A stretch of DNA of 64,000 bases, from NCBI RefSeq assembly GCF_006345805.1, contig NC_043011.1, positions 56,184,464-56,248,463 of the forward strand, read 5' to 3'. Positions 25,292 to 38,111 of the stretch are shown piece after piece. A model generated the notes under the pieces. It was given only the letters and a program-made list of their open reading frames with translations, had not been told where the DNA came from and made no database searches. The stretch comes from Octopus sinensis (Eukaryota). Position 1 is the first letter of the stretch. Each line of letters opens with the position of its first letter. The position numbers and the translations under genes were made by a program.

Positions 25292-26329
25292 TTATCCGTA
25301 ATAATGAAGGGTGAAATTAATTAATTTGGAATAATTATCAATTACACCAAGTAGTCTTCGGCATGTAAAAGCCTCATTCGAGGAAAATTTAAGTAATACT
25401 AAGCAATAAAGGGTTTAGCAACGAATTGCCTTACCACATACCGAATTTAGAAATAGCAGTCAAAGAGTTATAGCTATTTCTTCTACTAAAAAGGGGAGAT
25501 CTCAGTAAAAACAGCAATTGGAAGGCAGACACAAACAGGTAAGAGAGGATGAATTGACGGCAATCTATCATACATTTTTAAGTTATCTACGGACGTACGT
25601 TCGAAATCAAGTTTTTAGGAAAGCATAAGAATTAAATATTAAATATTAAATAATTCTATCTTACCGAAACTTCTTTTCTCTTCAGCGTAGAATACTATAA
25701 TCATAAATGATTATATATTGAATTTTGAGATACTAGAAGGCACCAACTCAACTCAGTATCAGAGCGAGCTAGAATCCGCAACTAGTATCACCGAATTCAA
25801 TTTGTGAATGAAACGATTGTGTCACCAGCCCCTTCCCACCCGCGTGTAGCCAAAACAAGATGCTGGTCATCTACTGAGATAAAAGGGGCTGGTGACACAA
25901 TCGTTTCATTCACAAATTGAATTCGGTGATACTAGTTGCGGATTCTAGCTCGCTCTGATACTGAGTTGTGTTGGTGCCTTCTAGTATCTCAAAATTCAAT
26001 ATATAATCATTTATGATTATAGTATTCTACGCTGAAGAGAAAAGAAGTTTCGGTAAGATAGAATTATTTAATATTTAATATTTAATTCTTATGCTTTCCT
26101 AAAAACTTGATTTCGAAACGTACGTCCGTAGATAACTTAAAAATGTATGATAGATTGCCGTCAATTCATCCTCTCTTACCTGTTTGTGTCTGCCTTCCAA
26201 TTGCTGTTTTTACTGAGATCTCCCCCTTTTTAGTAGAAGAAATAGCTATAACTCTTTGACTGCTATTTCTAAATTCGGTATGTGGTAAGGCAATTCGTTG
26301 CTAAACCCTTTATTGCTTAGTATTACTTA
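25289..26329. mobile_element. Penelope-like (pLTR-type) fold-back element embedded in (TA)n
   Basis: Near-perfect inverted arms 25390-25834 and 25883-26329, 48-bp spacer, ~100-bp one-sided extension, (TA)n on both flanks. Contains a hammerhead motif. Confidence 0.75.
26026..26132 (+). ncRNA. Type I hammerhead ribozyme with long stem II
   Basis: Stem I TCTACG/CGTAGA, CTGAAGA (26032-26038), ~75-nt imperfect stem II, GAAA (26115-26118), palindromic CGTACG, GTC cleavage triplet (26124-26126). Confidence 0.75.
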
Positions 26330-26344
26330 TATATATATATACAT

Positions 26345-26415
<71 letters not shown>

Positions 26416-26940
26416 AACGACAAAATGTCTGTCTGTGTGTGTGTGTCCTTTATACAAATCAACAATTTTTCAGTTAGAGAGCTCGCACTTTCTATGGTCA
26501 TTCAAAACCGTCCAAGGGTGGTCGGGCACATCTTTACATTTCCCCAGTCACCATGCAAAGCCATTAAAGAATCAATAGAAGTGACTTTTTTTGTGAATTT
26601 TCCATCCAAAACCCAATCAAAGTGCCCGAAACTTGATACGCCAATTGAATGCCAGCTAGCTGTATGTGATTGGTCAGAGATTTGGACATTACTCGCGTGT
26701 ATGTGCGCATGCACGCAGCTGTATATGCATGCACTAGCACTATGACCCGGACACCTGATGAGATCGCTATTTTAAATAACGATCTTACAAAATACTTTTA
26801 TTTTAGGGATACTATGTTTTCGTTTCCTTTTATGCCAAATGTCAAGTTTAGCCTGAACACCCTGTGTGTGCATAAATACATACACGTCAAATAAATATAC
26901 ATACACATTACACACTCATATATATACATATATATATATC

Positions 26941-27324
26941 GTGGCATTCCGTCGCTTACGACGACGAGGATTCCAGTTGATCCGATTAACGGAACAGCCT
27001 GCTCGTGAAATTAGCGTGTAATTGGCTGAGGCTGAGCACTCTACAGCTATGTGTACCCTTAACGTAGTTCTCAGGGAGATCCAGCGTGTCACGGAGTGTG
27101 ACAAGGCTGGCCCTTCGAAATACAGGTACAACAGAAACAGGAAGAAAGAGTGAGAGAAAGTTGTGGTGAAAGAGTACAGCAGGGTTCGCCAACCCTCCCT
27201 GCCGGAGCCCCGTGGAGCTTCAGGTGTTTTCGCTCAATAAACGCTCACAACACCCGGTTTGGGAATCGAAACCGCGGTCCTACGACCGCGAATCCGCTGG
27301 CCTAACCACTGGGCCATTGCGCCT
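26941..27324 (-). mobile_element. SINE family C, alternative-tail subtype, full length
   Basis: tRNA-like head GAGGCGCAATGGCCCAGTGGTTAGG on the minus strand. Matches 18478-18826. Confidence 0.85.
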
Positions 27325-28031
27325 CTGCCCACACTCATACAAAGATATCAACATACATACATATGTACATAAATAAGTACACACACACACACACACAACA
27401 CACACACACACATCTATGCATGCATATACACATGTATATCTATATATGTGTATGTATGTATGTAAAATATATTATATTATATTTGGAGAGGCTTGAGGGT
27501 TTTGTTTGTTTGGCTTTTGTAAATCGCTCCAAATCGACGCCAACATCGCTGCTTTTGCTACACCCACATTAACTTAAGCATCCCGAATCTAATTCTCTTG
27601 AAAATTATTCAACGCTGCACGCCAATTGCCGCAGCATTGAAAATTATTTATTAAGCTGCATATCCTTAAATTCCTCTCTGTGGGAATTACCATATATTGT
27701 CTTTTCACTCCCTTCTGCCCCTAGCAAATGTGTAGGTGTCTGATAAACTGAGATATATCGAAGTGAAATTCATCTCAGACTTCAAGACTTCTCAAAATTT
27801 CGATCTTATCTTCTGCTAACAAAATTTTGGTGTATTTTTGATTTGGTTTTGTTATTATAATTTTTCCTATTTATTTTATTTCACGTTATTTTATTTATTG
27901 TCATTATTGTTGTAAAGTTATTCCACGTTACTTTAAGGAGTAGGGATGTTGTCTTGCGGAATAGCTAATCTTTATGGAGGGGATCCCACCGGAACCTGTA
28001 ATTATTATTCCCCATCACAGGCTCGGCTTTG

Positions 28032-28443
28032 GGATCTTTTCGGTTTGAACGGCAGTTTCTAACATAATTTCTAGGTAACTAAAAAATTTAAAACTTCGTA
28101 TACTGGTAGAATGTGTTTATAAAACATCTTTTTCTCTTGGCTTTATTGAGAAAATTCTATAGTTTGTAAGATATTTGTTGTTGTTTTTTCTTTAATTTCT
28201 GCAATTTCAACCAATCAATGACGTCCATTGAGGTAAAAAATATTCTGTGCCGTATGAATATGTCTCTCGTTTAAGAAACAGATTGGGTTTATTTACATTT
28301 GTGAAGAAAAAAAGATACCCTTCCCCACACCCCTAAACCTAAAACAGATTGAAATGCAATAGACCGATATTAGGGTCATAATTATGGGTGACAATTTCAT
28401 ATGACACCGCTAGAAAAAACTGCCGGTCAAACCGAAAAGATCC
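28032..28443. mobile_element. MITE with 8-bp TSD (GG..CC termini)
   Basis: TIRs GGATCTTTTCGGTTTGAACGGCAGTTT / AAACTGCCGGTCAAACCGAAAAGATCC. TSD CGGCTTTG at 28024-28031 and 28444-28451. Confidence 0.9.
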
Positions 28444-29286
28444 CGGCTTTGTACCACTTTTCTATCTCTTTGAATCCACACTCTTCGCCGAGATCTCAAT
28501 CCTCTCTTTTATCAACACAGTCATGCCTGCGCTTAAACTCTTTTTGTCCTAGCTCATCTTCTTTTCCCGAGCGGCTATCATTAGCGATTCAGCTTCTCAT
28601 TTCTGGTTTCCTTCTGTCGGCCACAACCAGCATTCTTTACTTCCAGCATCCTAAGTTTGTTGCATGTACTCATCTGTAACTCCTTCCCTTTCCAGCCATT
28701 TCTCCCGTGGTTCTTCCTTTTGCTCTTCAGTTCTTTTACTATCCTTATGTTTCAGTGACTTTTTCTTTCTTCACAATGCATAACATGATTTTTCAAATCT
28801 AATATCGCAGTATCAATGAAATATTCCGCGACCATCAAACCTCTGTCGTTTTCATTTTTTAGCAAATGGCGTCTATCAGTATTACTTTCAGGATGATGTG
28901 TATTGTGAGCAACTCCTTGGGTTTTCTATCGATTTTCTGTACCTCTGTCTTTGTCCATTTCAGAAAAGTGACAGATTGTAGGGTAGGATTTGTGGCAGAC
29001 GAACTGTAGGCAGATATTTCGCTGCGGGCTAGCTAGGAAGTTGGTCAGTAGGGAAAAAAGGACTTCCGAACGGAGAACGATAGCAAAAGAATGACAACAT
29101 TGTGCGCGAAACGAATCTGAGGGAACTATATAAAAATAACTGACGGCTTAAACCCTATTGTACCTAAAGTAATAAACCTTTAGTAAATGCATACTCGTCT
29201 CCACTCGTTTATTTACGTATAGCTTAACAAAGCTATAACTGGTGACTCTGACGTGATAAACCACAGCTTCCGCTACCGAAACAAAC

Positions 29287-29930
29287 ATGGCTGGCAACAA
29301 AACACCACTGAGGCTTCCGCAGTTCTGGTCTAAGAGGGCTGAGCTGTGGTTCGTGCAGGCGGAAGCTCAATTTGATATAAACAAGATAACGGCCGACCAA
29401 ACAAAGTACTCGCACGTTGTGGCGGCACTAGACAAAGACACAGCAACGAGGGTGCTGGACATTTTAATCCGTCCCCCACCAATAAACAAATACGCCATAT
29501 TGAAAGATAGGCTGGTGGATACATTCCGACGCAGTGAAAGAGAAGCAGCAGCCAAGATACTGGAGGAGGAATTGGGCGATTCCAAGCCTTCGGAACTGAT
29601 GGACAGGATGTTGGCATTAGCTCCCCCCGGTGAGTCACTTTCCATTTTGTTTAAAGAAATATTTCTCCGCAAGCTGCCACCCCAGGTCCAGGCCTTCATA
29701 ACTCAGACCGAAATCAAGGACCTGCGGCAATTAGCAATGGCAGCCAACATGAATTTTTTTATCCAGTGATGTCCTGGTCAACGCAATAGGGTCGGCTCCG
29801 AGACTAGGTGGGTTTAAGCATGATGACCTGTGCTTCTACCGTGCAAAGTTTGGTAAAAAGGCGACGGAATGTAAACAACCATGTAGCTTTAGGACCCCTT
29901 CACCAGTGACCCAGGGAAACTCCAGGGCCG
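29287..29930 (+). pseudogene. gag: Gypsy gag (frameshifted), with C-terminal zinc knuckle
   Basis: LPQFW....ELWFVQAEAQF..ITADQTKY..LGDSKPSELMDRM..IFLRKLP. After a frameshift reads CFYRAKFGKKATECKQPC. Confidence 0.88.
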
Positions 29931-29937
29931 GCCGCCA

Positions 29938-30913
29938 TTGAACACCCTGGTGTCAAGCAAATTTATCTGGCATGGTATGGCCAAGCAAATCAGGGACTGG
30001 ACCAGGTCCTGCATCCCCTGTCAACAAGCCAAGGTCAATCAACACACCAAAGCACCCCTCGGCAACTATGAACCACCCCAGGCCCAATTCAGCCATGTCA
30101 ACATTGACCTTGTAATCCCCCTACCACCTTCACAGGGTTGCTTGTACCTACTGACCTTGGTGGACCACTACACCCGTTGGCCTGAAGCTAACCCTCTCTG
30201 CAGTACAGAAACACAAGAAGTCAGCCGAACTTTCATCGCAAACTGGGTCGCCCGTTTTGGTGTCCCAGATAGCATCTCATCTGATCGGGGTCCACGATTC
30301 ACCTCAAAGCTGTGGAATGACATGTGTGACCTTTTCAGAATCACAATGAACCGCACAACAGCCTACCACCCACAGGCCAATGGATTAGTGGAGAGAATTC
30401 ACCGCCGCCTGAAGGAATCATTGGCAACCAGACTTAACGGACCAAATTGGATTGACCAACTCTCATGGGTGATGCAGGGAACCCGCACTGCCCCCAAAAG
30501 AAAATCTCAACACTTCCTCCGCGGAAATGGTGTACAGTGCTCCCCTTACAGTACCTCGCTCAACTAAGAGACAGTGTGGACCAGTTGCACCCTGTTTTCA
30601 TGTCGACGCACGGTACACCCAGATCATCTGTACCAAATGACCTCCGCGCAGCTAACTTTGCATTCGTTCGACGTGACACATGACGAAGACCCCTCCAGTC
30701 ACCCTACGATGGTCCATATCAAGTCATACATCCGGTAGATAAAACATTCCAACTCCTAATTGGTGGACGACAAGAGACAGTCTCCATCGATAGATTGAAA
30801 CAAGCCCATCTTGATATTAACAGCCCCGTTCGGGTGGCCCAACTATCAAACAGAGACCATCGAGTAACCACATGCAGGGGCAGGACAATTAAAACGCCAT
30901 CCCGTTTCCAGTG
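29938..30913 (+). pseudogene. Gypsy integrase (degenerate)
   Basis: FIWHGM..CIPCQ zinc finger half, HVNIDLV, RFGVPDSISSDRG, TTAYHPQANGLVER and C-terminal PYDGPY..VSIDRLK (GPY/F). Frameshifts and stops after 30500. Confidence 0.9.
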
Positions 30914-31668
30914 ACAGTCTACAGTTCTGTGGGGGGAGCTATATAGGGTAGGATTCGTGACAGACGAACTGTAAGTAGATACTTCGCTGCGGGCTAACTA
31001 GGAAGTTGGTCAGCAAGAAAGAAAAGGACTTCCGGGCGGAGAAGGATAACAGAAGAATGACAGCAGCATGCGTGAAACGAATCTGAGGGAACTATACAAA
31101 AATAACTGACGACTTAAGGCCTGTTGTACCTGAAGTAATAAACCTTTAGTAAATGCATACTCGTCTCCACTCGTTTATTTACGTATAGCTTAACAAAGCT
31201 ATAAGAGTATCTTAATATTGGAATACTGGAATGGCTCATGTATTCATTGCTTTGATAGTAGTATTCCTTCCCATTTAGTTTTGCTTCGAGCACCTTCCTA
31301 ATCATTCTCTTTGGAGATTTCCCCTCTAATCTCTCTTTCTCTTACCTTATCTTCCCCCATCGCCCCTAGGTTCTTGTATCCTTCATTATTCCCCATCGAT
31401 CTAATGATACCTTATGTTATCTTTATCCAATCAGGATTCATCTGCGTCCTTTTTAATCCTCTGGCAAGAGATTCTCCTTCTCCACATTGCAATACACTTC
31501 ATCTACGTTGAAGGCAATAAATTCCAGAATAATGGTAAGCACGTAAGAAATCTATTACTATTGTCTTCCCTTTTCTGTTCTTTTTTTTTCTTTTTCTTTT
31601 TCTTTGTCCTTCTTTATCAGAACTGTACATCCTTTTGTCATTCAAGTTGATGTTCCATTTTACATACC

Positions 31669-31901
31669 TATTTCTTTACTACCCACAAGGGGCTAAACAC
31701 AGAGGGGACAAACAACGACAGACAAACGGATTAAGTCGATTATATTGACCCTAGTGCGTAACTGGTACTTATTTAATCGACCCCGAAAGGATGAAAGGCA
31801 AAGTCGACCTCGGCGGAATTTGAACTCAGAACGTAACGGCAGACGAAATACGGCTACGCATTTCGCCCGGCGTGCTAACGTTTCTGTCAGCTCGCCGCCT
31901 T
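31669..31901 (-). mobile_element. SINE family A, full length
   Basis: Reverse complement of 13433-13665. Confidence 0.85.
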
Positions 31902-31914
31902 AATCAAACCACGA

Positions 31915-33450
31915 TTAAACCATTTTATATACAGTCTGCAAGAAACGGTCATATATGGCTGAGTATATTTGAGAGATTTTTCTCCCAGGATCCCTGATCA
32001 CCATCTCGCTCAAAGCCTTTACATTTTGCTATCTTCTTCAGAATCTTCTTTACTTTCTTTCTGTAATACTTATATTTTCTTGGTTTGATCCATGTTTCAT
32101 ATCATTTTTAAATTGTCCGTTTCCTTGTTGAACCTCTTTGTTCCAAATATCTGACAAACACTTCCTTCCTGCTTCAGCATCTGCCACGCCATTCTTTTGA
32201 TCTTCATTCTCATTGTTCAACTATCGCTAAAATTTCCTTTCAGTGTTTCTCAAGAGCCTCTTCTCTTGATATTCGTTGTCTGTATCAATTTTTTACTCTA
32301 TGTTGCTTTAATTTAATTTTATTATTGAAGACATCGCACAGTATCCAATATCGTGATGTTGTTGATTGAAGATATTGTGTCTACTGGTGGGTTTGTACTG
32401 TTTGTCAAGTCACAACAAGGACCTCAGATAAACAGTACTTTATGGAATATACGTACAGTTCCAAGCAATACCGATTTTTGCAATACACCTAAATTGTAGA
32501 GTATTTCTAAAGTTTCCAGATGTTTCTTCAAGTTGAGTGGTATTGAACCCAATGCTCCGATGTCAATAGGGAGAATCACTTTTATGTTTGACTCACGTAG
32601 CTGCCACAATTTCAATTCTCATGTCTCCATATGTATCAACCTTTTCTCTTTCTCTCATGTTAATATGTTGATCTCCTGGTACTGCCACGTCGATTATTAG
32701 GCACTCTTGTTTGTCCTACCCAAAGGTTACTATATCCACCCTTCGGTGTTCTAACACTTTGTCTATCTGGAAGTCAAAATCCCAGAGGATCTTTGCTTTG
32801 CCTTCTCCTTTTCGTCCATTACATTTTCCGGTGTATGTTGGTACCAAGCACCCGTTACCTCATATCCATACTTCTGGCATGGTAGCCAGTGAAGGTTCTG
32901 CGCTACCTTGTCGTGTCTGCGCTTGTACTCTTCCTGGGCAAGATTTTCACAAACGCTAACAATGTGAGTCACGCTTTTGACCCTCTTCCCGCACATTCTG
33001 CAGAAGTCCATTGCACTTGTGTCGTATATATCCCCTTCCACTGAGTTGGTATTTAATGCCTGGTCTTGGGCAGCGATGATTAGGCTTTCAGTATTCTTTT
33101 TGAGGTCACCCATGCTGAGCCACCTCCATGATGCTTCCTGGTCTTTTAAATTGTTAGTTTCACGGTGGAACTGACCATGTAATTCCCTGCAGAGTAGGGT
33201 TTTTTCTCTCTCGTTGGCTATTCATGATCGTAATTCATGAGCACTCTCAAGTCCATTGCTGGTAAATCCTTCTGCATTAGCAGCTTTCAGAAGCAGGTCT
33301 TGTTTGCTGTTTACCAAAGATTCTTCTATGTTTCTTCTTTCATTGTTGATGCATTCCCGTACTCTAATCAGCCCACGTCCACCTTTACACCTCTTCATGT
33401 AGGACCTGTGTACATTCACCTTAGGGTGGAGGGCACCATGCATTGTCATG
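31915..33450 (-). mobile_element. R4/Dong-type non-LTR retrotransposon fragment (CCHC zinc knuckle and restriction-like endonuclease)
   Basis: TESLIIAAQDQAL, CRMCGKRVKSVTHIVSVC, YKRRHDKVA..LHW, ILWDF, LIIDVAVP, IGALG and LQKSVLLGT, over several frames. Confidence 0.85.
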
Positions 33451-33479
33451 TCTGTCGGACAATGCGATTGAGGCCGATT

Positions 33480-33655
33480 GAAGCCATCTGCTCGCGATAC
33501 CAGAGGGAGCACACTCTCCTACCCTGATGTAATCTCCAGGGGATACAGACATCCAACAACAGGACCTCCGTAATGCTATGATGGACCGTGAAGTCTGGCG
33601 TAACATAGTAAATTCCATTGTCTCGACCACGGTCGAACAATGATGATGATGACGG
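33480..33655 (+). mobile_element. Short LINE 3' end with (TGA)n tail
   Basis: Reads ..DLRNAMMDREVWR.., then a short UTR and ATGATGATG, typical of RTE-like termini. Confidence 0.55.
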
Positions 33656-34168
33656 CATAATGACATCTATTGTTGTTGCATTTGTTACAAATAACAGCAA
33701 TTTTTATTGTTCCTTTTTTTTAAGTATCAATGCTTGTTAAATAAAACTATATTTATGAAATTATATTTCATAAAAACCAATCGGTTTTATGGTAAATCTC
33801 ATAAAGTTTAACAGTTTACTCAAGGGACATTACTCTCTTATTGAAATAGTTTTAGTAAGGCAAGGGAAGTAACTTTGCTTCATCTTCCCTGTCAAATTCT
33901 TTCAAAAATTTATTGAGAAGCAAATCAAAAATGTTATTTTAGAATTGAGCAGCAAATCCGCGTTTAGATTTTAAACAGAACGAACGCGTTCGAATATAGA
34001 AATTATATCTGAGAGAGAATAAAGACACGAGAATCCATATTTTGTAAAACACAAGGTTATCTGGAATTTCTATCCCTAATTTTAGTCAATGTTGTTTATT
34101 CTTGTATATGTTTCAGTCCAAAGGTTGTGGCTATGCTGGAGCATCGCCAGTACACGAAACAAAGCGCT

Positions 34169-34281
34169 TGTCAGAAGTAGGATTCGAACCCACGCCCACA
34201 TTCGTGAACCAGAAAAGTCAACTCTGTGGCTAAGGATTTACACCTTGAGTTTGGCACTGCAGACCACTCGACCATCCTGAC
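34169..34281 (-). tRNA. tRNA-Leu(CAA), intron-containing, probably a pseudogene
   Basis: Minus strand reads GTCAGGATGGTCGAGTGGTCT..CCAAACTCAAG[~29-nt intron]TTCTGG..GCGTGGGTTCGAATCCTACTTCTGACA. D-stem and anticodon stem carry mismatches. Confidence 0.85.
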
Positions 34282-35254
34282 AATTCATATTAAAATAAAA
34301 TAAAGAAATATAATTAATGAAGGTGAAGAACCAAAGCGAGCCAAGGGCATTAATTTTGCTAAATTTGATGATGATGGTGATTGTGATGGTGATGGTGATG
34401 GTGGTGGTGATGATTTCAAGAAATTACAAAGTATTTCCAAAATTAATTTATTTGGAGGAAATCTAATTTTTGTTTGCAGGCAGCAAACAGCAATAGAGCA
34501 GTAATTATAGGCATGTTTCAGTGTTATTACAACTTGTCAGCATAGTATATCTATTCCAAGTTTATTTCGATTGATTGACAGAAGATTTTATACGAGGTGA
34601 GAGTTACCAATAATTTTTGGCTGTTAACAATTAGTCAAATTAAAAATAAAATGAGCCTCAAGAAACAACTGAAGTAGGACAGCAGCATAGTTTTACATAT
34701 ATGCCCTTTGTAAAGGGACTGCAGTGACCAATTGGACATATTTTAGAAGTTTGGAGGAGATGGTCACCATTGTGACTAATTGTGAAAAGTTTCTTTTCAA
34801 GCAATACACTTGTGCTAACACACAAACATATACACATCTTACCACAAACATAAAGGAAAAAACGTGTGCACACACAAGGTTTTGAAGATGAAGTGAAATG
34901 CTTTAAATCAGATTTATACTCTTGGATAATTCCTTCTAATGTTGGCACAAGGCCAGCAATATTGAGGATAGACTAAAGTCAATAACACCAACTCAAACGC
35001 TTGACTAATAATTGGCTTCAGTAGGATTTGAGATCAAAATGTAAAGATCCAGAAGATATACCACAAAGCATTTTTGCCCAACACTCTAACTATTCTGCCA
35101 ATGGTTCTGCTTTTATAAAATCTTAAGTAAAACACTTTTAAAATGGTTGTACATTTGCTTAGGTGGTCAAGATGGCACTGGGGTAATGGTTACTCACTCA
35201 GATGTTCACATACTTTGCAAAGAAAGACAAAATTTGCACACAAATGAATTTCGG

Positions 35255-35553
35255 AGGGCACCATTCGAGCCTGATCGTTACCAACATCGCTTCACTGGCA
35301 CCTGTGCCGGTGACACATGTAAAAAGGTTCGAGCAAGATCATTGCCAGTACCGCCTGACTGGCCCCCATTACGGTGGCACGTAAAAAGCACCCACTACAC
35401 TCTTGGATTGGTTGGTGTTAGGAAGGGCATCCAGCTGTAGAAACTCTGCCAGATCAAGATTGGAACCTGGTGCAGCCATCTGGTTCTCCAGCCCTCAGTC
35501 AAAATCGTCTAACCCATGCTAGCATGGAAAGCGGACGTTAATGTGATGATGAT
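35255..35553 (+). mobile_element. Repeat family D (RTE LINE 3'UTR with (ATG)n tail)
   Basis: GGTGGCACGTAAAAAGCACC..AGGAAGGGCATCCAGCTGTAGAAAC..CCATGCTAGCATGGAAAGCGGACGTTAA + GATGAT. Further approximate copies at 36210-36430(-), 39260-39560, 39585-39850(-), 40930-41160, 44025-44250, 50030-50305, 51040-51375, 51713-52095(-), 53525-53825(-), 55540-55940 and 58205-58565. Confidence 0.8.
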
Positions 35554-37242
35554 TCACAGTAAAAATTTGGAAGGAACATTGGTCCTTTGAGCAAACCTTT
35601 GAGCAAAAACATAAAGAGGTCTGTAGTCGTATAGAAATTTGGTGATGGGACAGGGAAGCAGTCACCAGTATGCTTTATAGGGAAGATTTTAAAAGGGCTG
35701 TCATCTTGGAGAAAATTTGGAGTTAGTCACTGCTTTGCTCTACAATAAGGATATAAAGAGGGTTACAGCCTTATAGAAAATTTGGGCAGAAGTCATTGCT
35801 ATACTTTACAGAGAAGATTGATACAAAAAAGAGAAAAAGAACCGTTTCTGTGGGGTTGCAGTAATGAGGTTGATGATTTTACAAGATCCAAAGGGACCAT
35901 TTCAGCAGAAACATTTAAGAATCACTAATTTAGATGAATATGTTAAAGGATGTACCAAACGATGTACACAAAAGAAATTCTCAATTGATTGAAATTTTCA
36001 AATTAGTTGGAGAAAGGAAACAAAAACCTAGCCGTAATTGTTTGCAACGCTCAAGGAGAAAAAAAACATGGAATAATTACAAATAATTAAGAATTAATTT
36101 CATAAAATGGATTTGCATGTTTAGAGGGAAGGTGGGGAAATCTGATCTTTGTAGACAAGGGAAACAACATATTCCAGCCTTATAAGGCCTTGTCATCACC
36201 ATCATCATCATCATCATTGTTTAACGTCCGCTTTCCATGCTAGCATGGGTTGGACGATTTTGACTGAAGGCTTGCGAACCAGATGGCTGCACTAGGCTCC
36301 AATCTTGATTTGGCAGAATTTCTACAGCTGGATGCCCTTCCTAACGCCAACTACTCCAAGAGTGTAGTGGGTGCTTTTTACGTGCCACCGGCACGGGCGC
36401 CAGTCAGGCGGTACTGGCAACGACCTCGCTCATAGAATAATTTATCCTTGTCTGTATTCATCATCAGGCAATAATTGTGAACATTTTTATCCAGTAATAA
36501 TTTGCATAATCTAAAAAAATTAATAACAAGTTGAGAGTGAAGGAAAGTAATCCAAATGAACCAATGGCTTGAATTTAATTTAGAGTTTCTTTAAAATGGG
36601 ATTTAATGGACCCTTGCAAAGGAACCCTTGGAAATCCTATAGAAAATTTGGATGACAATTACTGCTGTGCTTTATGTGAAGATTAATACAAAAGATGGGA
36701 GGAAAATATCTGTTTTACATGGGAGGTGTGTGTCGGGGTGGAATGGAAGAACACAATGATGGCAATGATGGTATTTGTTTCTCTCATAGGTAAAAAAAAA
36801 CATCAGCAATTTATGAGGGGAGTGGGTAGTGAATTAGATTGAGCCCAATATGAAACTGGTACGTTATTTTATCAACCTCAGAAGAATTAAAGATAAAATT
36901 GACCTCAATGGAATCTGAACTCAGAATAGAAAGAGTTGGAACAGAAACCACAAAATGTTTTAATGAATCTATCAGTCTGCCACCTTATAATAATAATAAT
37001 AATAATAATAATGATGATGATGATGATAATCCTATCTACTATAGGCACAAGGCCTGAAATTTGTGGGAGGGGACTAGTTGATTATATTGACCCCAGTGTT
37101 TCACTGGTACTTAATTTATCAACGCCAAAAGGATGAATGGCAAAGATGACCTTGGCAGAATTTGAACTCAGCATGTAAAGACAGATGAAATGCCACTAAG
37201 AATTTTTCCCAGCATGTTAATGATTCTGCCACCTTGTCGCCT

Positions 37243-37259
37243 TAATAATAATAATAATG

Positions 37260-37320
<61 letters not shown>

Positions 37321-37368
37321 TGATAATAATAATAATAATAATAATAAGAAGAAGAAGAAGAAGAAGAA
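37243..37368. repeat. (TAA)n/(GAA)n microsatellite
   Basis: Direct observation. Confidence 0.95.
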
Positions 37369-38000
37369 TTATAAAAACTGCTGACAAGTGGTACAAGCAC
37401 TACCCTGAGGCTGTAACTGAGGGAAAAAATGTAACAACTTTTTGGGACTTTCTAGTATGTACAGACCAGACCAACAAGGCAAACAAACCAGATATTGTTA
37501 TCAATGACCAAAACAATAAAGTCTGTTTATTGATTGACATGAGCATATTCTCTGACCATAATATCTCGGCAAAGGAATTTGATAAACTCAAAATAAAGAT
37601 TTGCTGATCGAAAACAAAAAGATGTGGCATCTCAAAACGGTTACAATACCAATGATTCTAGGAGCAATTATAATGATCAAAAAAGGAACTGGAAATTATT
37701 TAAGAACGATCCCTGGCTTATCATCCATGCAGGAAGTGCAAAAGGTTGTCTTAACTGGTAACTGGTCACACTTATTGAGAAGAGCATTGTCGCTGTGAAT
37801 TTTCTCTCATATTTTCCCCTTTATTTTCTTTGTTTACTTTTTTTTATTTTTTCCTTTTTCTCTCTGTCTTCCCCCTTTTCTCTATCACATGACTTTGTAA
37901 ATGAACAATCTGGTATATTTATTTTAATGGCCTATTAATGTATACAGTACGTTTCTCTACCCTGGGTGTCAGGAAGACACTCGGCAAGAAATGGAATCAG
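37369..38000 (+). mobile_element. R4/Dong-type LINE 3' fragment (RLE domain) inside a (TAA)n array
   Basis: KWYKHYPE..FWDF..ANKPDIVI..CLLIDMSI..KMWHLK..ILGA..VQKVVLTG..LLRRALS*. Confidence 0.85.
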
Positions 38001-38056
38001 AATTGATAGAAGAGGATAATGAAAATAATGGTGATGATCATGATAACAACAACAAC

Positions 38057-38110
<54 letters not shown>

Positions 38111-38111
<1 letters not shown>

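Larger units (their letters stand above)
28977..31203 (+). mobile_element. Ty3/Gypsy LTR retrotransposon, internally deleted (gag plus integrase; no PR, RT or RNase H)
   Basis: LTRs at 28977-29237 and 30942-31203. PBS TGGTGACTCTGACGTGAT (29240-29257, tRNA-Trp type). PPT GGGGGGAG (30931-30938). Near-TSD AGAT/AGAG. Confidence 0.93.

Noticed and set aside
26410-26775. Possible non-autonomous Helitron-like element
   Set aside because: The start resembles such elements, but no clear 3' hairpin or CTAG end could be verified.
26754-26790. CTGATGA followed by a GATCG/CGATC stem
   Set aside because: No GAAA after the stem and no stem I, so not a hammerhead.
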